From contig CAXTBG010000021.1 of NCBI GenBank assembly GCA_964242105.1, positions 17,708-41,707 on the forward strand: DNA of 24,000 nucleotides. The letters run 5' to 3'. Source of the stretch: an uncultured Nakamurella sp. (lineage in GTDB: Bacteria > Actinomycetota > Actinomycetes > Mycobacteriales > Nakamurellaceae). Under the pieces are notes generated by a model. That model searched no databases. It worked only from the letters and a program-made list of their open reading frames with translations, and was not told where the DNA came from. Of this stretch, positions 8,200 through 17,930 are shown one piece after another. The translations under genes were made by a program, and so were the position numbers. Position 1 is the first letter of the stretch, and each line of letters begins with the position of its first letter.

Positions 8200-8802
8200 T
8201 CAATCGGGGTGAGGCGCTTCCTCGTCATTGATCACCAGGCCGGCGGCGACGCCGGCTTGCCGGTACGCGTGGGCCAGGCTGTCCACCGTCTCGTGGGCGT
8301 TGAGGCCGCTGGGGTTCGGGAGCACCCAGCACTGCGCGCCGGCGAGATCGCCGGGCTGCCGGCCGACCATGACGGCTCGATCGGCGAACGCCAGCCGGTA
8401 GGCGGTCACGCCGAGCACCGCCACCACCGCCGGCCGCACTCGCTCCACCAGGGCAAGCAGCCGCGCGCCGCCCTCCACCAGTTCGGCCGGCCGCAGCTCG
8501 TCGGCACGGGCACTGGCCCGGCGCACCAGGTTGGTGATGCCGATACCTCTGGACAACAGGTGATCCCGGTCCTGCGGCAGGTAACCGGCGGAGGCGTCGA
8601 TCTCCCGGTCGATCAGGCCGGCCCGGAAGAGCGCTGGATAGAAGCGGTTGCCGCGGCGGGCGAAGTGTGCTTGCACGGCGGCCGTCCACAGACCCGGGTT
8701 GATGCCGACGAACAGCAACCGGACGTCCCACCCGAGCAGGTCGGGCACCACCGCGCCGTTGAAGGACTCGAGCTCGGCCCGGGTGAACCGCTGTGCGGGC
8801 AA
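8200..8802 (-). CDS. mug: G/U mismatch-specific uracil-DNA glycosylase (family 2 UDG, Mug/TDG)
   Basis: 200 aa with the Mug hallmarks LLFVGINPGLWTA, GNRFYPAL and WVLPNPSGLNA, colinear with E. coli Mug (GINPG...NRFW...VLPNPSGL). The annotated start is TTG at 8802, 4 nt after the upstream stop, so the start is uncertain. Confidence 0.9.
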   Translation of the reverse strand: MPAQRFTRAELESFNGAVVPDLLGWDVRLLFVGINPGLWTAAVQAHFARRGNRFYPALFRAGLIDREIDASAGYLPQDRDHLLSRGIGITNLVRRASARADELRPAELVEGGARLLALVERVRPAVVAVLGVTAYRLAFADRAVMVGRQPGDLAGAQCWVLPNPSGLNAHETVDSLAHAYRQAGVAAGLVINDEEAPHPD

Positions 8803-8806
8803 CGGT

Positions 8807-9187
8807 TCAGCCGGCGGTCAGCGCGTCGGACAGCAGTGACGACGCGTCGAGGACCGCAGCCGCGCGCGGTCCGGACTGCACCAGATAGCCGTCGACCAGC
8901 AACTCGGCGACGGCAGTCCAATCAACGTCCACCACATCCAGCCAGACGCCGATCCAGCCGTTCGGCCCCACATAGGGCGGCACGTAGTACCGCGCTGAGT
9001 CCGTGCCCACCCACTCCACCTGCGCGCCGGGTGATCCCTTGACCCACAATTCCGTCCGGCCGTTGCCATGGTGGTCGTGGAGCACCATGCCGAACGTCTT
9101 GCCGCGGATCTGGTACGCCAGCGCTCCGTGCGACGGCTTGACCGAGGTGTTCGGCAGCGCAAGGCTCATCCGGCCGACCCGCTGCAT
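8807..9187 (-). CDS. MmcQ/YjbR-family (DUF419-like) putative DNA-binding protein
   Basis: The ORF-track frame 8807-9349 would overlap the upstream amidohydrolase. Internal ATGs at 9187 and 9169 give ~121-127 aa: (MQRVGR)MSLALPNTSVKPSHGALAYQIRGKTFGMVL...ELWVKGSPGAQVEWVGTDSARYYVPPYVGPNGWIGVWLD..VDWTAVAELLVDGYLV. This resembles the YjbR fold pattern. The family call is from memory of the motif pattern only. Confidence 0.55.
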   Translation of the reverse strand: MQRVGRMSLALPNTSVKPSHGALAYQIRGKTFGMVLHDHHGNGRTELWVKGSPGAQVEWVGTDSARYYVPPYVGPNGWIGVWLDVVDVDWTAVAELLVDGYLVQSGPRAAAVLDASSLLSDALTAG

Positions 9188-9234
9188 CGGCGCGGGTAGA
9201 TCGGCCACCGGGGAGTCGGTCCCGGGCGATGGGT

Positions 9235-10467
9235 TCACCGGGGGACCACCGTGCCGACCCGGGCATCGGTGTCGTAGGAGTACACCTCGCGCCCAGCGAT
9301 GTAGACCGACAGCGCTCGCTGCATGACATCCAGTGGGTCGCCGGACCACAGCACCAGGTCGGCCTCCTTGCCGACGGCGAGCGACCCGATCCGGTCGGCG
9401 ACGCCCATGACCTTAGCGGGATTCAGCGTGATGGAGCGCAGCGCGACGACCGGGTCCAGACCCTCCTTCACCGCCAACGCCGCCTGGTAGACCAGGAAGT
9501 TGATCGGCACGACCGGGTGGTCGGTGATGATCGAGATCTCCACCCCGGCGGCCGCGAGCCGACCGGGATTGGCCAGCGACCGGTTGCGCAGCTCCACCTT
9601 CGACCGGCTGGTGAACAACGGGCCGATCAGCACCGGAATGCCCTTGGCAGCCAGCAGGTCTGCAACCAGGTGGGCCTCGGTGCCGTGATCGATGACCAGT
9701 TCGTAACCGAACTCGTCGGCGATCCGCAGCGCGGTGGCGATGTCGTCGGCGCGGTGGCAGTGCTGCCGCCACGGGATCTCCCGCCGCAGCACGGCTGCGA
9801 TGCCGTCCATCTTGAGATCCCGTGCCGGCGCCGCTTTGTCGGGCTCGGCATGAGCCAGCTTCTCCAGATAGTTCTGGCCGTCGACAAAGGCGCCGCGCAG
9901 CACCGCGGCGACGCCCAGCCGGGTGGCCGGCGTCTGCTTCTTGTCGCCGTAGACCCGCTTCGGGTTCTCGCCCAGCGCGGACTTCATGCCCGACGGCGAG
10001 CGCAGCACCATCTCGTCGACGGTCCGGCCATGGGTGTGCAGGGCGACGCAGAGCCCGCCGATCGGGTTACCCGACCCCGGGTTGACGTTGACCGCGGTCA
10101 CCCCGCCGGCCAGCGCGTCGTCGAACCCCAGCTCGACCGGGTTGATGGCGTCGATGGCCCGGACGTGCGCCGTCACCGGGTCGGTCAGCTCGTTCGAGTC
10201 GTTGCCCGACCACCCCTCACCCTCCTCGTGCACGCCCAGGTGCGTGTGCGCGTCGACGAAGCCGGGCAGCACCCAGCGTCCGGCGGCATCCACGACCTGG
10301 GCGTCGTCCGGCACCGCCACGTCGGCACCGAGCGCGGCGATGAGCCCGTCCGCCACCAGCACCGTGCCGTCGAACGGTTCGCCATCGATCGGCACCACGT
10401 GGGCGTTGACAATGGCCAGCGGGGGAGTCATGAGGAAAGAAAGTACTCCCGGCCGACCATGGGACAC
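9235..10467 (-). CDS. Metal-dependent amidohydrolase (amidohydrolase superfamily, imidazolonepropionase-like)
   Basis: 410 aa. The N-terminal beta-sandwich then [12 protein letters not shown] (HxH metal motif) and later ...HCHRADDI... and ...IITDHPV are typical of the amidohydrolase superfamily. Start is either GTG at 10467 or ATG at 10431 ([12 protein letters not shown]...). Confidence 0.85.
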   Translation of the reverse strand: MSHGRPGVLSFLMTPPLAIVNAHVVPIDGEPFDGTVLVADGLIAALGADVAVPDDAQVVDAAGRWVLPGFVDAHTHLGVHEEGEGWSGNDSNELTDPVTAHVRAIDAINPVELGFDDALAGGVTAVNVNPGSGNPIGGLCVALHTHGRTVDEMVLRSPSGMKSALGENPKRVYGDKKQTPATRLGVAAVLRGAFVDGQNYLEKLAHAEPDKAAPARDLKMDGIAAVLRREIPWRQHCHRADDIATALRIADEFGYELVIDHGTEAHLVADLLAAKGIPVLIGPLFTSRSKVELRNRSLANPGRLAAAGVEISIITDHPVVPINFLVYQAALAVKEGLDPVVALRSITLNPAKVMGVADRIGSLAVGKEADLVLWSGDPLDVMQRALSVYIAGREVYSYDTDARVGTVVPR

Positions 10468-10552
10468 TGAGGTGGTCCGTCGGCATCCGCATGACGCCTG
10501 CGGTCGCCGTCATCCCAGCAGCAGTACCAGCCGCTCCAGCAGAAAGACCCTT

Positions 10553-12415
<1,863 letters not shown>

Positions 12416-12468
12416 TCGGCTCCACACCTCCCGAAATGGTGGCGCGCGGTGCGTTCTACGCTGGGCGG

Positions 12469-12783
12469 ATGTCAGTCGTGAAGATCAACGCCATCGAACT
12501 GCCGGCCGACGCCGGCCCGGAACTGGAGAAGCGGTTCGCTGCGCGACTCGGCGCGGTGGAGGGCTCGCCCGGGTTCGAGGAGTTCTGCCTGCTCCGCCCG
12601 ACGGCCGGGGAGAACCGGTACTTCGTGTACACCCGGTGGGCGTCCGAAGAGGATTTCCAGGCCTGGTCCGCCACCCGGTCGCAGGCTGCGCACGCGGCAC
12701 CCGAAGGCGCGCCGGCCAGGCCGCCGGTGGCCACCGGCGCCTCGCTGCTGGAGTTCGAGGTTGTCTCCCGCACCACCGCTTGA
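12469..12783 (+). CDS. mhuD: MhuD/IsdG-type heme-degrading monooxygenase (ABM domain)
   Basis: From ATG 12469: MSVVKINAIELPADAGPELEKRFAARLGAVEGSPGFEEFCLLRP...RYFVYTRWASEEDFQAWS...AAHA...PVATGASLLEFEVV. This is near-colinear with M. tuberculosis MhuD as I recall it (MPVVKINAIEVPAGAGPELEKRF...). Asn7, Trp66 and His75 fall at the same positions. Confidence 0.8.
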   Translation: MSVVKINAIELPADAGPELEKRFAARLGAVEGSPGFEEFCLLRPTAGENRYFVYTRWASEEDFQAWSATRSQAAHAAPEGAPARPPVATGASLLEFEVVSRTTA

Positions 12784-12811
12784 CCGACGGGATGGACGTG
12801 GCGGGCGGGCG

Positions 12812-13771
12812 TCAGATCGTCAGCACGATCTTGCCCGGCGTGCCGTTCTCGAGCTCTGCCAACGCTTCTCGGGCGTTCTCCAGCGGATGCACCGCATGCA
12901 CCACAGGCACGATCCCGGCAGTGTCGCAGAACTGGATTAAAGAGCGGAGTTCGGCCAGCGTGCCCATGGTCGAACCGATGACGGAGATCTGCAGGAAGAA
13001 CAGCCGCTGCAGGTCCGCCGACGGCGCGGCGCCGGAGGTCGCCCCGCAGCAGACCACCACGCCGCCGGGGCGCACGGACTTCATCGAGTGCGACCAGGTC
13101 TCGGCGCCGACCGATTCGAACACCCCGTCCACCCGTTCCGGCAGCCGGCCACCCGCCGGAAAACCGGCGTGCGCCCCCAGCTGATCGGCGCGGGCGAGGC
13201 CGTCATCGGTCCGTGAGGTCACCCACACCCGCATCCCGGCCGCGATGCCGAGCTGGATCAGCGCCGTCGACACACCGCCGGTGGCGCCCTGCACCAGCAT
13301 GGTGTCGCCTGGCCGCAGCCCGGACCGGGTGAACAGCATGCGATAGGCCGTCAGGTAGGAGGTGCCGAGGGTCGCGGCCTGCACCGCCGTCATCGACGGT
13401 GGCCGCGGCACCGCGTTGCGGGCCGGCACGACGACGTACTCCGCCAGCGTGCCCTGGTGCTTCTCGCTGAGCAGGGTGCGGCCGGGGTGGAGCGTCTCGT
13501 CACCGTCGGCGGCGGGCGACACCACCGGATAGATCACCACCGCTGATCCGTCCGGCAGGGTTCCGGCGCCGTCGCAGCCGAGCGTCATCGGGAACCGCTC
13601 CGGCGCGATTCCCACTCCGCGCAGCGTCCACAGGTCGTGCCGATTGAGCGAGGCGGCCGCCACGGACACGCGGACCCACCCCTCGGGAACGTCGGGCTCC
13701 TCCCGATCGCCGACCTGCACAGCGGACAGCGGGTCGTGGGGATCCGGACGGGTGGCATAGGCGGCACGCAT
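12812..13771 (-). CDS. Zinc-type alcohol dehydrogenase / NADPH:quinone oxidoreductase-like protein (MDR superfamily)
   Basis: 319 aa. The GroES-like N-terminus is WVRVSVAAASLNRHDLWTLRG. The Rossmann segment is PGDTMLVQGATGGVSTALIQLGIAAGMRVWVTS. The C-terminus ends ...ENGTPGKIVLTI, typical of Qor-like MDR proteins. Confidence 0.85.
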   Translation of the reverse strand: MRAAYATRPDPHDPLSAVQVGDREEPDVPEGWVRVSVAAASLNRHDLWTLRGVGIAPERFPMTLGCDGAGTLPDGSAVVIYPVVSPAADGDETLHPGRTLLSEKHQGTLAEYVVVPARNAVPRPPSMTAVQAATLGTSYLTAYRMLFTRSGLRPGDTMLVQGATGGVSTALIQLGIAAGMRVWVTSRTDDGLARADQLGAHAGFPAGGRLPERVDGVFESVGAETWSHSMKSVRPGGVVVCCGATSGAAPSADLQRLFFLQISVIGSTMGTLAELRSLIQFCDTAGIVPVVHAVHPLENAREALAELENGTPGKIVLTI

Positions 13772-13812
13772 GGCCGAACTCTAGGTCGCGTCGCCTGTGG
13801 CACGCTGGTCGG

Positions 13813-14073
13813 GTGAGCTGGCGAAACGTACTCGACGTGGTGGACGCCATGGAGTCGTGGATCGCCGGCCAGTCGTACTGGGTCCAGGTGCCGGTGTTCC
13901 TCGCCGCCCTCCTCCCGGTTGCGTTCTGGGCCGCGGGGCTGATCGACCGCATCGTGGAGCGGATCCTGTGGCCGTACACCCGGCGGGAGATCAGGTCGGC
14001 GGCGGTCGCAGCCGTCGCCGCGTCCCGGTCAGCGCCGCACACCGCGCCGCAGCACGACGACGGCCCTCGATGA
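13813..14073 (+). CDS. Small hypothetical membrane protein (one predicted TM helix)
   Basis: 86-aa ORF (GTG 13813) with very strong third-position G/C bias in this frame. It has a hydrophobic helix VQVPVFLAALLPVAFWAAGLI. I recognise no family. Confidence 0.45.
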   Translation: MSWRNVLDVVDAMESWIAGQSYWVQVPVFLAALLPVAFWAAGLIDRIVERILWPYTRREIRSAAVAAVAASRSAPHTAPQHDDGPR

Positions 14074-14162
14074 GCCGCCCGCTGCCGGCTGTCAGCCGCC
14101 GATGGATGACCATCGCCCTGCTGGGCTTGCTTGTGGTGGCCCTCGCCTTTTCCCTCTGGTGA
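14070..14162 (+). CDS. Putative 30-aa membrane micro-protein, translationally coupled to the preceding ORF
   Basis: ATG at 14070 overlaps the TGA stop at 14071-14073 (ATGA). It encodes MSRPLPAVSRRWMTIALLGLLVVALAFSLW, a basic N-terminus followed by one hydrophobic helix. Support is the overlap geometry and composition only. Confidence 0.3.
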   Translation: MSRPLPAVSRRWMTIALLGLLVVALAFSLW

Positions 14163-14168
14163 GTAGCG

Positions 14169-14209
14169 CGTCGGCGAGCAGACCACGGGCTTCGGTGAGC
14201 ACGCCGACG
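14169..14209. terminator. Possible bidirectional stem-loop between convergent genes
   Basis: CGTCGGCG (14169-14176) is the exact reverse complement of CGCCGACG (14202-14209). The loop is large (25 nt) and there is no U-tract. It lies between the stop at 14162 (+) and the stop at 14236 (-). Confidence 0.25.
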
Positions 14210-14235
14210 GGGAGCCAGGCACGGCGCGCCCTCGC

Positions 14236-14994
14236 TCACCGGGCCCAGCGCGGCGCCCGCTTCTCCAGGAACGCCTGACTTCCCTCCTGACCGTCCGGGC
14301 CGGCGAACTGGCGTGCCGAGATCGCCAGCAGCTCGGCGTAGCGGGCGTCCGAGTCCTCATGGGTGGCGCGCAGCATCTGCTTCGTCGCAGCGAGGGCGGT
14401 CGGCGCGCACTTCAACAGCGAGTCCGTATAACGCGCCACTGCGGCGGCCAGCTGACCGGCGTCGACCACGGTGTTCACCAGTCCCGTTGCCAGGGCAGTC
14501 GGCGCACCGAACACCTCCCCGGTGAGCAGTAGCTCCCGGGCGACGGTCGCGGACATGCGGCGCAGCACCGGTACCGAGATCACCGCGGGCACCAAGCCGA
14601 TGCGGACCTCGGAGAAGGCGAAGGTCGCAGAGGCCGTCGCCACCACCAGGTCCGCCGCGGCGAACAGCCCGATGCCGCCGGCCCGTGCGGAGCCGCCGAC
14701 GGCTGCGATCACCGGCTGCGGCAGCGACGTGATCCGCTGCAGCAGGACCGGAAGTTCGCGGACGGCCGGTCCGCCGGCGGCGCCGACGTTCTCGCGCAGG
14801 TCCATCCCGGAGCAGAAGGTCGGTCCGGTGTGGCCGATCACCACCACCCGGCAGTCCGGCGACGAGGCGGCATTGTCGAGCGCCTGGAGCAGCCCGGCGC
14901 GCACCTCGGTCGACAGGGCGTTGCGGTTGGCGGGTGAATCCAGCGTGATCGTCCGCACTCCATCGGCGTCGTGCACCTTCACCAGGTCGGTCAT
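14236..14994 (-). CDS. Enoyl-CoA hydratase/isomerase (crotonase superfamily)
   Basis: MTDLVKVHDADGVRTITLDSPANRNALS...FCSGMDL...AAVGGSARAGGIGLFAAADLVVATASATFAFSEVRIGLVP... shows crotonase oxyanion-hole motifs. The track ORF (to 15111) is over-extended. ATG 14994 (MTDLV) has GGAAAG ~9 nt upstream; ATG 15003 is the alternative. Confidence 0.85.
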   Translation of the reverse strand: MTDLVKVHDADGVRTITLDSPANRNALSTEVRAGLLQALDNAASSPDCRVVVIGHTGPTFCSGMDLRENVGAAGGPAVRELPVLLQRITSLPQPVIAAVGGSARAGGIGLFAAADLVVATASATFAFSEVRIGLVPAVISVPVLRRMSATVARELLLTGEVFGAPTALATGLVNTVVDAGQLAAAVARYTDSLLKCAPTALAATKQMLRATHEDSDARYAELLAISARQFAGPDGQEGSQAFLEKRAPRWAR

Positions 14995-15025
14995 GCCCGC
15001 CATCTTTCCCGGGCAGGATGGAGCC

Positions 15026-16252
15026 GTGCCCTCCACCCTGCCCGACGGAGACCCGGTGCCCGCCGACGGCTCGCTGCCCGACCAGGCCTTCGTCGGCTCG
15101 ACCGGCCGCACCCTGTCCTTCTACCTGCACGTGCCGTTCTGCGCGACCAGGTGCGGCTACTGCGATTTCAACACCTACACGGCCGGCGAACTCGGCAGCA
15201 CCGCGTCACCGGACTCCTGGTACGCCGCCGCCGGAGCCGAGATCGACCTGGCGGCCAAGGTTCTGCGCGCAGCCGGGGACAGCCGCCCGGTGTCGACGGT
15301 GTTCGTGGGGGGCGGGACGCCGTCGCTGATGGGCGCGCAGAAGCTGGGCGGCCTGCTGCACCGGATCGACGACGCCATCGGCCTGCTGCCGGGCGCCGAG
15401 GTGACCACCGAGGCCAATCCGGAGTCCACCGACCCGGCCCTGCTCGACGGGCTGCGCGCGGCCGGGTACACCAGGCTCTCGCTGGGCATGCAGTCCACCG
15501 ACCCATCGGTGCTGCGCGTGCTGGAGCGGACGCACACCCCGGGCCGGCCGCTGCAGGTGGTCGCCTGGGCCCGTCAGGCGGGATTCGAGCACGTCAACCT
15601 GGACCTCATCTACGGGACCCCGGGGGAGACCGACCAGCAGTTCGCCGATTCGCTGGCCGCGGCGACCGGGTCGGGCGTCGACCACGTGTCGGCCTACTCG
15701 CTGATCGTGGAGGCGGGGACCCGGATGGCCAGGGCGGTGCGGACCGGCCGCCTGCCGATGCCTGCCGAGGACGTTCTCGCCGACCGGTACGTGATCGCCG
15801 ACGACCTGCTCACCGCCGCCGGCCTGCGCTGGTACGAGGTCTCCAACTGGGCAGCCGACGACGCCGCCCGCTGCCGGCACAACCTCGCCTACTGGCGCGG
15901 GGACGACTGGTGGGGCGTCGGGCCCGGCGCACACTCGCACGTCGGCGGCGTGCGCTGGTGGAACGTCAAGCACCCGCACGCCTACGCCACCGCGCTGGCC
16001 CAGGGCCGCTCACCAGGGCAGGCACGGGAGGTGCTCGACGACGAGGCCCGCCGCACCGAGGACATCCTGCTGCGATTGCGCCTGGCCGAGGGACTGCCGA
16101 CCGAGGTGCTGAGCCCGGCCGGCCGGGAAGAAGCAGCAGCCTGCGTCGCCGAGGGGCTGCTGGAGCCCGAACTTGTCCGAGCCGGGCTGGCCGTGCTGAC
16201 CCCCCGCGGCCGGCTGCTGGCGGACGGCATCGCGATCCGGCTGCTGGACTGA
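15026..16252 (+). CDS. hemW: Radical-SAM heme chaperone HemW (HemN-like, oxygen-independent coproporphyrinogen oxidase family)
   Basis: LSFYLHVPFCATRCGYCDFNTY carries the CxxxCxxC radical-SAM cluster motif, followed by VFVGGGTPS, RLSLGMQS and the HemN C-terminal domain. The track ORF (14471) is over-extended. I place the start at in-frame GTG 15026, preceded by AGGA ~7 nt upstream; in-frame ATG 14993 is the alternative. Confidence 0.9.
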   Translation: MPSTLPDGDPVPADGSLPDQAFVGSTGRTLSFYLHVPFCATRCGYCDFNTYTAGELGSTASPDSWYAAAGAEIDLAAKVLRAAGDSRPVSTVFVGGGTPSLMGAQKLGGLLHRIDDAIGLLPGAEVTTEANPESTDPALLDGLRAAGYTRLSLGMQSTDPSVLRVLERTHTPGRPLQVVAWARQAGFEHVNLDLIYGTPGETDQQFADSLAAATGSGVDHVSAYSLIVEAGTRMARAVRTGRLPMPAEDVLADRYVIADDLLTAAGLRWYEVSNWAADDAARCRHNLAYWRGDDWWGVGPGAHSHVGGVRWWNVKHPHAYATALAQGRSPGQAREVLDDEARRTEDILLRLRLAEGLPTEVLSPAGREEAAACVAEGLLEPELVRAGLAVLTPRGRLLADGIAIRLLD

Positions 16253-16268
16253 CCGGCCGGGTTGACAG

Positions 16269-16607
16269 CTATCCGGAATGGTCCGGCGCCGCGCCGATCG
16301 CCGTCCCGCGAAGATCCTCCAGGTTGAGGATCCGCACATGGATGACGTGCCGCTGCTGCAGCGCCGCCCGGAGCGCGCGGTGCAGCCCGTCCTCCAGGTA
16401 GACCTCGCCCGACCAGTAGACGGCATGCGGGAACAGGTCGCCGTAAAACGTCGAGTCCTCGTCGAGCAGGGTGTCCAGCCGGAGTTCCCGCTTGGTGGTG
16501 ACGAGCTCGTCCAAGCGGATCTGCCGGGGCGGGATCCTGGCCCAGTCGCGCATCGAGAAGCCGTGATCAGGGTAGGGACGACCGTCGCGTACATCCTTGA
16601 AGATCAT
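16269..16607 (-). CDS. Small conserved hypothetical protein with a ParB/sulfiredoxin-like motif
   Basis: 112 aa. ATG at 16607 is preceded by a strong GGAGGA 8 nt upstream. The sequence ...IRLDELVTTKRELRLDTLL...PHAVYWSGEVYLEDGLHRALRAALQQRHVIHVRILN resembles the ParB-like nuclease/Srx domain core (xxDGxHRxxAA...I.V). The family assignment is tentative. Confidence 0.7.
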   Translation of the reverse strand: MIFKDVRDGRPYPDHGFSMRDWARIPPRQIRLDELVTTKRELRLDTLLDEDSTFYGDLFPHAVYWSGEVYLEDGLHRALRAALQQRHVIHVRILNLEDLRGTAIGAAPDHSG

Positions 16608-16685
16608 TGCGGGGTCCTCCGGGGGCAGACAACGCCCTCAGGGTAACGGTCGAGCCCCCGCGGAAGCCCCGTCGCGGCGCTTACA

Positions 16686-16712
16686 CTGGCAGACGGGCCA
16701 GGAGAGTGCCAG
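16686..16712 (+). promoter_or_regulatory. CIRCE-like HrcA operator (CTGGCAGAC-N9-GAGTGCCAG)
   Basis: This is a 9-N9-9 inverted repeat ~90 bp upstream of the hrcA start. The right arm GAGTGCCAG matches the GC-rich CIRCE form (consensus TTAGCACTC-N9-GAGTGCTAA). The left arm pairs with it at 7/9 positions (CTGGCAgaC). Confidence 0.5.
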
Positions 16713-16799
16713 TTGCCGGGTGCGACGGCGACCGGCCGGCACCCGCGTTCGCATCCAACCGGGCACCGGCGTGCCGGACGAGCAGTCGAGGAGGTGACC

Positions 16800-17822
16800 A
16801 TGTCGGCCGAGGACAGGCGATTCGAGGTGCTGCGCGCCATCGTCGCCGACTACGTCGCCACCCACGAACCGGTCGGCTCCCGGGCGCTGGTCGACCGCCA
16901 CCACCTCCGCGTGTCGCCGGCCACCATCCGCAGCGACATGGCCGTGCTGGAGGACGAGGGCTACATCGCCCAGCCGCACACCTCGGCCGGCCGCATCCCG
17001 ACCGACAAGGGCTACCGCCTGTTCGTCGACAAGCTGTCGCAGGTCAAGCCGCTGTCGGTGGGGGAGCGGCGGGCCATCCAGGCGTTCCTGTCGGCCGGGG
17101 TCGACCTCGACGACGTGCTCCGCCGGTCCGTGCGATTGCTCGCCCAGCTCACCCACCAGGTTGCCGTCGTGCAGTACCCCAACCTGACCCGCTCGGTGGT
17201 GCGGCACGTAGAGGTGGTGGCGCTGGGCACCTCCCGCCTGCTGCTCGTCGTCATCACCGACACCGGCCGGGTGGAGCAGCGCGTGGTCGAGGTCGACGAG
17301 CCGGTCACCGACGAATCGGTCACCGCGGTTCGCTCCCTGCTGGCCGCCCACATCACCGGCCGACGGTTCGCCGACGCCGCGGACGGCCTGCGGACGCTCG
17401 CCGACACGGCCGATCCGGAGATCCAGCACACGGTCGGTCTGGCCGTGTCCGTCCTGCTCGACGCGCTGGTGGAACGACCGGAGGGCCGGCTGGTGCTGTC
17501 CGGCACGTCGCACGCCACCGGCGCCTGGGCCGACCAGCCCGGTAGCCTGCGCGGAGTGCTCGAGGCGCTCGACGAGCAGGTCACCCTGCTGAAGTTGCTC
17601 GCCGTGCTGGAGTCGCCGGACGCGGTGATGGTCTCGATCGGCAGGGAGAACGACGATGCCAACCTGTCCACGTCGGCGCTGGTGTCCGCCGGGTACGGCA
17701 GTGGCGACATGCTGATGGGCGGCCTGGCCGTGGTGGGTCCGACGAGAATGGATTACCCGGGGACGATGGCCGCGGTCCGGGCGGTCGCCCGGTACGTCGG
17801 CGAGATCGTGGCCGGGCGCTAG
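16800..17822 (+). CDS. hrcA: Heat-inducible transcription repressor HrcA
   Basis: ATG 16800 is preceded by [84 protein letters not shown] is the canonical HrcA winged-helix N-terminus. Length is 340 aa. Confidence 0.95.
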   Translation: MSAEDRRFEVLRAIVADYVATHEPVGSRALVDRHHLRVSPATIRSDMAVLEDEGYIAQPHTSAGRIPTDKGYRLFVDKLSQVKPLSVGERRAIQAFLSAGVDLDDVLRRSVRLLAQLTHQVAVVQYPNLTRSVVRHVEVVALGTSRLLLVVITDTGRVEQRVVEVDEPVTDESVTAVRSLLAAHITGRRFADAADGLRTLADTADPEIQHTVGLAVSVLLDALVERPEGRLVLSGTSHATGAWADQPGSLRGVLEALDEQVTLLKLLAVLESPDAVMVSIGRENDDANLSTSALVSAGYGSGDMLMGGLAVVGPTRMDYPGTMAAVRAVARYVGEIVAGR

Positions 17823-17823
17823 C

Positions 17824-17845
17824 CGGCCCGGCAGGAACCGGGCCG
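17824..17845 (+). terminator. GC-rich stem-loop immediately after the hrcA stop (possible attenuator/stabiliser, no U-tract)
   Basis: CGGCCCGG (17824-17831), a 6-nt loop caggaa-region, then CCGGGCCG (17838-17845), the exact reverse complement. It lies between hrcA and dnaJ. Confidence 0.35.
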
Positions 17846-17930
17846 ACGAGGTCCGCCGGTGACGCCGGACCGCACCAGGACGACCGCTCTACCAGCACAT
17901 CTGCGGAAGACGAATCAGGAGAATTCACCA

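Noticed and set aside
7718-8228. Two minus-strand ORFs (96 aa and 91 aa) inside the operon leader
   Set aside because: They have no RBS, no third-position GC bias and odd composition, and one runs into mug. The region is better explained as regulatory or untranslated DNA.
8059-9042. 327-aa plus-strand ORF spanning the leader, mug and the YjbR-like gene
   Set aside because: It is antisense to mug, which has unmistakable GINPG/NPSGL motifs. Its composition is Arg/Pro/Gly-rich.
9229-10470. 413-aa plus-strand ORF
   Set aside because: It is the antisense shadow of the amidohydrolase gene and has no motifs. The minus frame carries the HxH metal-binding signature.
9986-10552. 5' extension of the lepA ORF to 809 aa
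   Set aside because: The extension overlaps the divergent amidohydrolase on the opposite strand and translates to Ser/Thr/Pro-rich low-complexity sequence. LepA homology begins only near 10590.
14971-16401. 476-aa plus-strand ORF overlapping hemW in another frame (also 15206-15979 and 16010-16594 minus)
   Set aside because: It is extremely Arg/Gly/Pro-rich. The hemW frame carries the CxxxCxxC radical-SAM motif and a coherent domain structure.
16607-17545. 312-aa plus ORF and 291-aa minus ORF (16638-17513) overlapping hrcA
   Set aside because: These are off-frame or antisense to the canonical HrcA reading frame. The translations are Arg/Gly/Pro low-complexity sequence.
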